NCBI RefSeq assembly: GCF_006716425.1
Contig: NZ_VFOZ01000001.1
Span: forward strand, 7,241,237 to 7,273,236
DNA length: 32,000 nucleotides
From: Actinoallomurus bryophytorum
Lineage (GTDB): Bacteria > Actinomycetota > Actinomycetes > Streptosporangiales > Streptosporangiaceae
Reading direction: 5' to 3'
A program made the translations under genes and the position numbers. Below the pieces are notes generated by a model that ran no database searches, had not been told where the DNA came from, and saw only the letters and a program-made list of their open reading frames with translations. Positions 27,157 to 32,000 of this stretch are shown here, in pieces (positions within the stretch are counted from its first letter, which is position 1; each line of letters begins with the position of its first letter).

Positions 27157-27816
27157 ATGACAGACCAGGAAGCGCTCAGTACCTCCTACCGCGACGTCGT
27201 GGCCGCCCTGCGCAACATCGGCGCCGAGGAGGAGTGGCTGCCGACCGGATGCGCGGGCTGGACGGTGCGTGACCTGCTCTTCCACCTGCGCGGCGACGCG
27301 CAACGGGCGCTGGTGGCGCTCGCCAGCCCGGCCGGTACGGCGCCCGACACCGACGCCGTGTCCTACTGGAGGCGCTGGCGGCCGGGTACGGACGCCGCGC
27401 GGGCGAGCCTGCGGATGGTACGGATCAGCGCGAGCGTCTATCCGGGTCTGCGCCCGATCCTGGACAGCTACGCCGAGACCGCCGAGGCGGTCGTGTACGC
27501 CGCGGTGCACACCGATCCCGAGCTTCCGGTACGTACCCAGGGCCGTGTGCTGCGCGCCGGCGACCTCGTACGGACCCTGGTGGTCGAGGCGGCGGTCCAC
27601 CATCTCGACCTCGTCGTCGCGCTGGACCGGCCCCTGCCGTCGGCCGGGCCGCTGCGGGTGGTCAGGGAGACGCTCGACGGGCTGCTCGGTGAGCCGTTGC
27701 CGCTGTCCTGGGACGACGTGACCTACGCCCGCACCGGAACCGGCCGCGCCGGCGTGTCCGAGCAGGACCGGATCGCCCTGGGACCGCTGGCCGATCGCCT
27801 CCCGCTGTTCGGCTGA
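27157..27816 (+). CDS. DinB / maleylpyruvate isomerase N-terminal domain (mycothiol-dependent type) protein
   Basis: The CAGWTVRDLLFHL motif and a four-helix DinB-like N-terminal pattern are present. The protein is 219 aa. Confidence 0.65.
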   Translation: MTDQEALSTSYRDVVAALRNIGAEEEWLPTGCAGWTVRDLLFHLRGDAQRALVALASPAGTAPDTDAVSYWRRWRPGTDAARASLRMVRISASVYPGLRPILDSYAETAEAVVYAAVHTDPELPVRTQGRVLRAGDLVRTLVVEAAVHHLDLVVALDRPLPSAGPLRVVRETLDGLLGEPLPLSWDDVTYARTGTGRAGVSEQDRIALGPLADRLPLFG

Positions 27817-27819
27817 GAG

Positions 27820-29661
27820 TCACGACCGCACGTCGTCACGGTAACCGGACGCCTGGAGCTCGAAGAGCCCGGCGTAGATGCCGCCTGCGGCAAGGAGGTC
27901 GTCGTGGCCGCCCTGTTCGGCCACGACGCCGCCGGACAGCACCACGATCGCCTCGGCGTCCCGTACCGTGCTGAGCCGATGCGAGATCAGCAGGCTCGTA
28001 CGGCCGGCGCGGTGCTCGCGGAGCCGTCGGTGCACCTCGGATTCGGCCTCGGCGTCGAGACCGGCGCTCGGCTCGTCGAGGATGAGCAGGTCGGTGTCGT
28101 CCCGCAGCAGGGCGCGGGCGATGGCGACCCGCTGCCACTGGCCACCGGACAGGATCACTCCGCTGCCGGGATCGTCGTACTCCGTGGACTCGAAGGCCCG
28201 CGACAACATCGTGTCGTAACCGCGCGGCAGCGCCTCCAGGGCCGGGTCGCACCCGGCGCGGCGGGCGGCGGCCACGATGCGCTCACGGTCGGCCATCGCG
28301 TCCAGGTTCCCCACGCCGATGTTGTCGGCGGCGCTGAGGTCGTAGGCCATGTAGTCCTGGAAGACGGTGCCGATGCGGCGGCGCAGGACGTCGACGGGCA
28401 GCTCCCGGATGTCGACGCCGTCCCACAGCACGGCGCCGCGGGTGGGGTCGTAGAAGCGGCAGAGCAGCTTCACCAGGGTGCTCTTGCCGGCGCCGTTCGG
28501 TCCGACCAGCGCGGTCGCGTGGCCGGCCGGAATGGTCATCGTGACACCGCGCAGGATCCACGGGAGGTCGTCGCCGTAGCGGAACCAGACGTCGCGCAGT
28601 TCGATGCCGGTCCGCAGCGGGCGCACCGGCCGGCCGGCTCCGCCGTCCGGCGGGCCGGGCAGGTCCGGGCCGGCGCCGACGACGTGCCGGTAGTGCCCGA
28701 ACAGGATCATCGCCTCGTGCATCCGCCCGGTGCTGCTGATCACGATGGTCAGGCCGGTCTGCACCCCGGCGACCGCCGCGATGAAGACCGAGACGTCCCC
28801 GACGGTGAGCCGGCCGGCCCGCGCCGCGTTCACCGCCCACACCAGCCCGGCGCCCGCGACGAGCGCGCCGAGGAACGCGTACGTGCCCTGAACGGCGAGC
28901 TCACGGCGGCCCATCCGGCTGCGCTGGGCGTTGATGTGCGCCAGTTCGGTGAGCATGCGCGTGCCGAAGAGCCCGCCCAGCCCGTACAGGCGCACCTCCT
29001 TGGCCGCGCTCATGCTGGTCAGCAGCTGCGCGTAGAAGAACTCGCGGCGGGTGGAGGTACCGAGCCGCCAGATCGTGCGGGCCCGGTAGCGGCTCAGCCG
29101 GATCTCCCCGCGCAGTGCGACGGCCGCGGCCAACGTCACGGGCAGGAGCATCCACGGGCTGAGAACGGCCAGCGTGCCGACGAACCCGGCGAGCATGAGC
29201 GCGCCCTGGGCGCCGCCGAGCCCGCCGCTGATGACCTCCGACGGGCCGGACGGCCCGGTGTCGGCGGCCAGCGAGAGACGGTCGTGGAACCTCGGGTCCT
29301 CGAAGCGGCGCAGGCCCGGGATCCTGCCGATCGCGGCGTAGAGGCGTTCACGTGCGGTCAGGTCGATCGCGCGTTTCATCTCCGCCTCCGCGAACTGCAC
29401 GGCCTGGGGCAGGACGGCGGCGGCCACACCGGTCAGGGCCAGCAGGAGCACCGGGAGCAGCACGGGCCGGCCGGCCGTGGCGGTCAGGCGGTCGAGCACG
29501 GTCTTGGTCAGCCACGCCGCCGTCACCGGCACGACACTGGCCACGACGGCGAGGGCGACCCGGAGCAGCAACCGTCCGGGGCCGGACGCCCAGGCCATCG
29601 CCAGCGAGGCGCCGACCGAGGCCAGGGCGGAGTGGGTCGTGTCGTCGTCCGGACCGGTCAT
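27820..29661 (-). CDS. Fused ABC exporter (transmembrane domain plus ATPase), last gene of the ATP-grasp operon
   Basis: Six N-terminal hydrophobic segments are followed by Walker A GPNGAGKST, signature LSGGQWQR and Walker B LLILDEPSAGLD. ATG 29661 overlaps the stop of the upstream redoxin gene (ATGA). Confidence 0.85.
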   Translation of the reverse strand: MTGPDDDTTHSALASVGASLAMAWASGPGRLLLRVALAVVASVVPVTAAWLTKTVLDRLTATAGRPVLLPVLLLALTGVAAAVLPQAVQFAEAEMKRAIDLTARERLYAAIGRIPGLRRFEDPRFHDRLSLAADTGPSGPSEVISGGLGGAQGALMLAGFVGTLAVLSPWMLLPVTLAAAVALRGEIRLSRYRARTIWRLGTSTRREFFYAQLLTSMSAAKEVRLYGLGGLFGTRMLTELAHINAQRSRMGRRELAVQGTYAFLGALVAGAGLVWAVNAARAGRLTVGDVSVFIAAVAGVQTGLTIVISSTGRMHEAMILFGHYRHVVGAGPDLPGPPDGGAGRPVRPLRTGIELRDVWFRYGDDLPWILRGVTMTIPAGHATALVGPNGAGKSTLVKLLCRFYDPTRGAVLWDGVDIRELPVDVLRRRIGTVFQDYMAYDLSAADNIGVGNLDAMADRERIVAAARRAGCDPALEALPRGYDTMLSRAFESTEYDDPGSGVILSGGQWQRVAIARALLRDDTDLLILDEPSAGLDAEAESEVHRRLREHRAGRTSLLISHRLSTVRDAEAIVVLSGGVVAEQGGHDDLLAAGGIYAGLFELQASGYRDDVRS

Positions 29662-30188
29662 ACCGGCGCGGTATCCGGAATGCGCTCGGCGGTCGCGTAG
29701 CTCGCCACCATCGTGTCGCCGGACAGCAGCGCGAACGCCGGCAGGGCGCCGACACCGAAGGCCGTGACGAGGGGACCGCCCTCCTCCGTCTCGGTCAGGA
29801 CCCGGGCCACCGGTCTGAGCTGGTCGCACAGCTCACCGGCCCCCGGCGACGAGCCGAGGACGATGGCCAGGACCTGGTGACGGCCGCCCGCGGCGGCCTC
29901 GGCACGGCTGATGAAGTCCGGGAGGCCGGCCTCGCAGGACGGGCATCCGGGCGCCAGGAACCCGATCAGCGTGGATCCGTTCAGGTCCGCCCTCGACACC
30001 GGTTCGCCGTCCACGGCCGTCACCGTGAAGTCGCCCACCCGCTCGCCCGGCGGCACGCCGAGCGGCGCGGGCTCGGCCCGGCCAGGGGCCTTCTCCGCCA
30101 GCATCCGGGAATGGTCGTTCAGGCGGCGGATGACGCCGAGCATCAGGGCGATGTTGATCAGGCACAGGACACCGACGACCGCCGTCAT
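29658..30188 (-). CDS. Membrane-anchored thioredoxin-fold thiol:disulfide oxidoreductase (TlpA/MauD-like)
   Basis: The N-terminal transmembrane helix MTAVVGVLCLINIALMLGVI is followed by FLAPGCPSCEA (CPSC active site) and a thioredoxin-fold length. An ATGA overlap links it to the upstream MauE-like gene. Confidence 0.75.
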   Translation of the reverse strand: MTAVVGVLCLINIALMLGVIRRLNDHSRMLAEKAPGRAEPAPLGVPPGERVGDFTVTAVDGEPVSRADLNGSTLIGFLAPGCPSCEAGLPDFISRAEAAAGGRHQVLAIVLGSSPGAGELCDQLRPVARVLTETEEGGPLVTAFGVGALPAFALLSGDTMVASYATAERIPDTAPV

Positions 30189-30766
30189 GGGGTCTCCTCA
30201 CGGGCCCGTGGCCGCGGGCCCGTGCTCACGGGCCGGGCCAGCGTGATGATCTCTTCCAGGTTGATCAGCAGCAGGGCGCCCGCGACGCCCGCGGTGGCCG
30301 CGAGGACCCACGCGGAGCCGAACGGCGCGGGTCCGGCCGAGGTGGTGGTCATGACGAGGCCGCCGGCCGCGGCCACGAGCAGGGTCAGGTTGCGGGCGAG
30401 GTGTGCCGTACCGGGCGGGTGGCGGCCGGCGCCGAAGCAGCGGCACGGCACCCTGACCCGCCGGCGGATCATCGACTGGACGCTCGCGGTGAGGACGATG
30501 AGCAGCACCGTCGCCACCATGAACCCGGCCGGGACGAGCGGGGGGACCACCATGGCCACCGCCGTCGCGGCCTCGGCGGCCACGGCCACGACCGCGACCG
30601 CAGGCGCCAGACGCGAGGGGACTCCAGCACTGGCCGACAGCCAGTGCTGGAAGTCCGCGTACGCGGCCCGGCCGGTGACCTTGGCGGCCGTCGAGGTGCC
30701 GAACGCCACCACGATGACCGCCTGACAGCCCACCGTAAGTGAGGACGTCACATCGGACACGCGCAC
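30185..30766 (-). CDS. MauE / DoxX-like integral membrane protein
   Basis: 193 aa with four or five hydrophobic helices and the RVPCRCFG motif typical of the MauE family (PF07291), as I recall it. The GTG start is preceded by GAGGAG. Confidence 0.65.
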   Translation of the reverse strand: MRVSDVTSSLTVGCQAVIVVAFGTSTAAKVTGRAAYADFQHWLSASAGVPSRLAPAVAVVAVAAEAATAVAMVVPPLVPAGFMVATVLLIVLTASVQSMIRRRVRVPCRCFGAGRHPPGTAHLARNLTLLVAAAGGLVMTTTSAGPAPFGSAWVLAATAGVAGALLLINLEEIITLARPVSTGPRPRAREETP

Positions 30767-30781
30767 TCCTCGTCCGGACCG

Positions 30782-31807
30782 TCAGTACCCGACCTGGGTC
30801 ACCTCGCCTCGCTCGAACGGGCCGCCCCGCATGAGGAGCTCAGCCATGCACTCGCCCATCTCCAGGCCGAGGTCGAAGTGCATCCACATGAACTGACCCG
30901 CCGGGTTGACCTCCAGGAAGATGTACTCCCCGTCCGGCGTGACGATGAAGTCCACCGCGCCGTAGACCGCGCCGAGCTCGGCGAACAACGCCTGGGTCTT
31001 CTTGATGATCTCGTCGGGCAGTGGCTGGTAGTCGCCGTAGGGCAGGGAGGCCTGCTCGCCCGCCTGACCGCGCCAGTCCACCTTCGTCGTGTCCATGTCC
31101 TGGGATTTGATCGTCACCGGGAAGTAGGTGTTCCCGATCACGGTGAGCCGCACCTCGTAGGCCTTGTCGACGTACTCCTGGAACATGCACATCGTGTGGC
31201 CGACGCGGTCGAGGTGCTCGCGGATCTCGTCCCCGACCACCGTCGTCAGCAACCCACCGGGGAACGCGCCCGGATAGTGGATCACTCCGCCGGTGAACGA
31301 CTTGTAGACGATGGGCCGGTCGGCACTGTCGAGCAGCGCACTGACCTCCTGCGGATCGTTGGTCAGCAACGTCCTCGGCACGCGGAACCCGAGCCGCTTC
31401 GCCAGCTCCAGCTGGTACGGCTTCAGCTCCCCGATCGCGTCGATGTCCGGCCGGTTGACCCACAGGCAGTTGGTCGCGCGCAGGATGCCGCCGATGCCCT
31501 GCATCGCCTCTTTGCGTGCGTAGATCCTCTCTGGTTCGCCCATCTCGGGGCCGAAGTCGAACCCGGTCGGGCGGCGGTACCAAACGCCCGCGAGCCGATC
31601 GAGATCGACCTCACGGTCGCGGTCGCGCAACAACCGCCGCCTGTCGTCGAAGTCGGAGGTCGTGAAGCTCAACCGTCGCGGAAAGTAGCTCAGGTCGACG
31701 CGTACGACCTCGGCGCCCCGCTCCGAGAGAGTCCGGATGACGGGGTCGACGGTCGGATCGAATTCCTGGGTCAGGATGAGGACGCAGGGCGTCGGCGACG
31801 AGGTCAT
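30782..31807 (-). CDS. MvdC/MvdD-type ATP-grasp peptide ligase (RiPP maturase-like)
   Basis: 341 aa. The pre-ATP-grasp N-terminus CVLILTQEFDPTVDPVIRTLSERGAEVVRVD is followed by KPYQLELAKRLGFRVPRTLLTND, IVYKS, CMFQEYVDKAYEVRLTVIG and AVDFIVTPDGEYIFLEVNPAGQF. This layout fits microviridin-type ATP-grasp ligases rather than RimK or GshB. Confidence 0.75.
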   Translation of the reverse strand: MTSSPTPCVLILTQEFDPTVDPVIRTLSERGAEVVRVDLSYFPRRLSFTTSDFDDRRRLLRDRDREVDLDRLAGVWYRRPTGFDFGPEMGEPERIYARKEAMQGIGGILRATNCLWVNRPDIDAIGELKPYQLELAKRLGFRVPRTLLTNDPQEVSALLDSADRPIVYKSFTGGVIHYPGAFPGGLLTTVVGDEIREHLDRVGHTMCMFQEYVDKAYEVRLTVIGNTYFPVTIKSQDMDTTKVDWRGQAGEQASLPYGDYQPLPDEIIKKTQALFAELGAVYGAVDFIVTPDGEYIFLEVNPAGQFMWMHFDLGLEMGECMAELLMRGGPFERGEVTQVGY

Positions 31808-31810
31808 CGA

Positions 31811-32000
31811 TCAGGCGCACACGTCGTCTCTGCAGGTGTCACTGCCCGCATAGCAACTGGTCGAGGTGTTCGTGGAGATGCCGGCGGTGGTGGTGCCGGG
31901 CGGGAACGTCCAGGTCTGCGTGTCCTGGTCGTAGTGGCCGCCCATGGGCTCGGACACCTGGCCGTCCCACTCGGCGTACAGGTAGGCGAGCGGCTGCTCG
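31811..32000 (-). CDS. Partial small ORF: candidate ATP-grasp-modified RiPP precursor (N-terminus outside the window)
   Basis: My hand translation of the minus strand gives ...EQPLAYLYAEWDGQVSEPMGGHYDQDTQTWTFPPGTTTAGISTNTSTSCYAGSDTCRDDVCA, then TGA at 31813-31811. That stop is separated by 3 nt from the ATP-grasp ATG (31807). GC3 is high. The ORF is absent from the supplied track because no start lies inside the window. Confidence 0.6.
   Translation of the reverse strand, partial: EQPLAYLYAEWDGQVSEPMGGHYDQDTQTWTFPPGTTTAGISTNTSTSCYAGSDTCRDDVCA

Noticed and set aside
27904-29700. 598-aa plus-strand ORF, and the 29352-30725 plus-strand 457-aa ORF
   Set aside because: They are antisense to the ABC exporter, redoxin and MauE-like genes, which show Walker, signature and CxxC motifs and transmembrane helices on the minus strand.

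Overview
High-GC, densely coding segment that looks like an actinomycete chromosome. I found no rRNA, tRNA, CRISPR array, transposase or integrase. Most genes are ordinary: a GNAT acetyltransferase, a YbjN-like protein, a PadR regulator with a DrrA-type ABC ATPase and ABC-2 permease, a TetR regulator divergent from an F420/LLM oxidoreductase, a DUF421 protein, a truncated hemoglobin divergent from a second TetR, a PP2C phosphatase, an MFS transporter, an MBL hydrolase, an L,D-transpeptidase lipoprotein, a TPP enzyme, a chorismate mutase, an IlvD/Edd dehydratase and a DinB/maleylpyruvate-isomerase-like protein. Two accessory loci stand out. (1) At the right edge (27820-32000, minus strand) is a tightly coupled operon: a Ser/Thr/Asp/Cys-rich small-peptide ORF that runs off the window and is missing from the ORF track, then an MvdC/MvdD-type ATP-grasp ligase, a MauE-like membrane protein, a membrane-anchored CPSC thioredoxin-fold protein and a fused ABC exporter. 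I read this as a graspetide-type RiPP cluster with its own disulfide-forming pair. (2) At 20722-24885 (plus strand) is an RHS/YD-repeat polymorphic toxin. Its 134-aa module after the DPxGL cleavage motif, and the 5' part of a closely linked 137-aa candidate immunity gene, sit in visibly lower-GC DNA. Other observations: a head-to-head junction of two 5'-truncated genes (sugar ABC permease fragment against penicillin-acylase fragment) at about 12191-12200; two tandem-repeat arrays; candidate PadR and TetR operators; a G-quadruplex motif before the PP2C gene; and two AT-rich noncoding islands. All functional calls come from reading motifs by eye. No database search was run.
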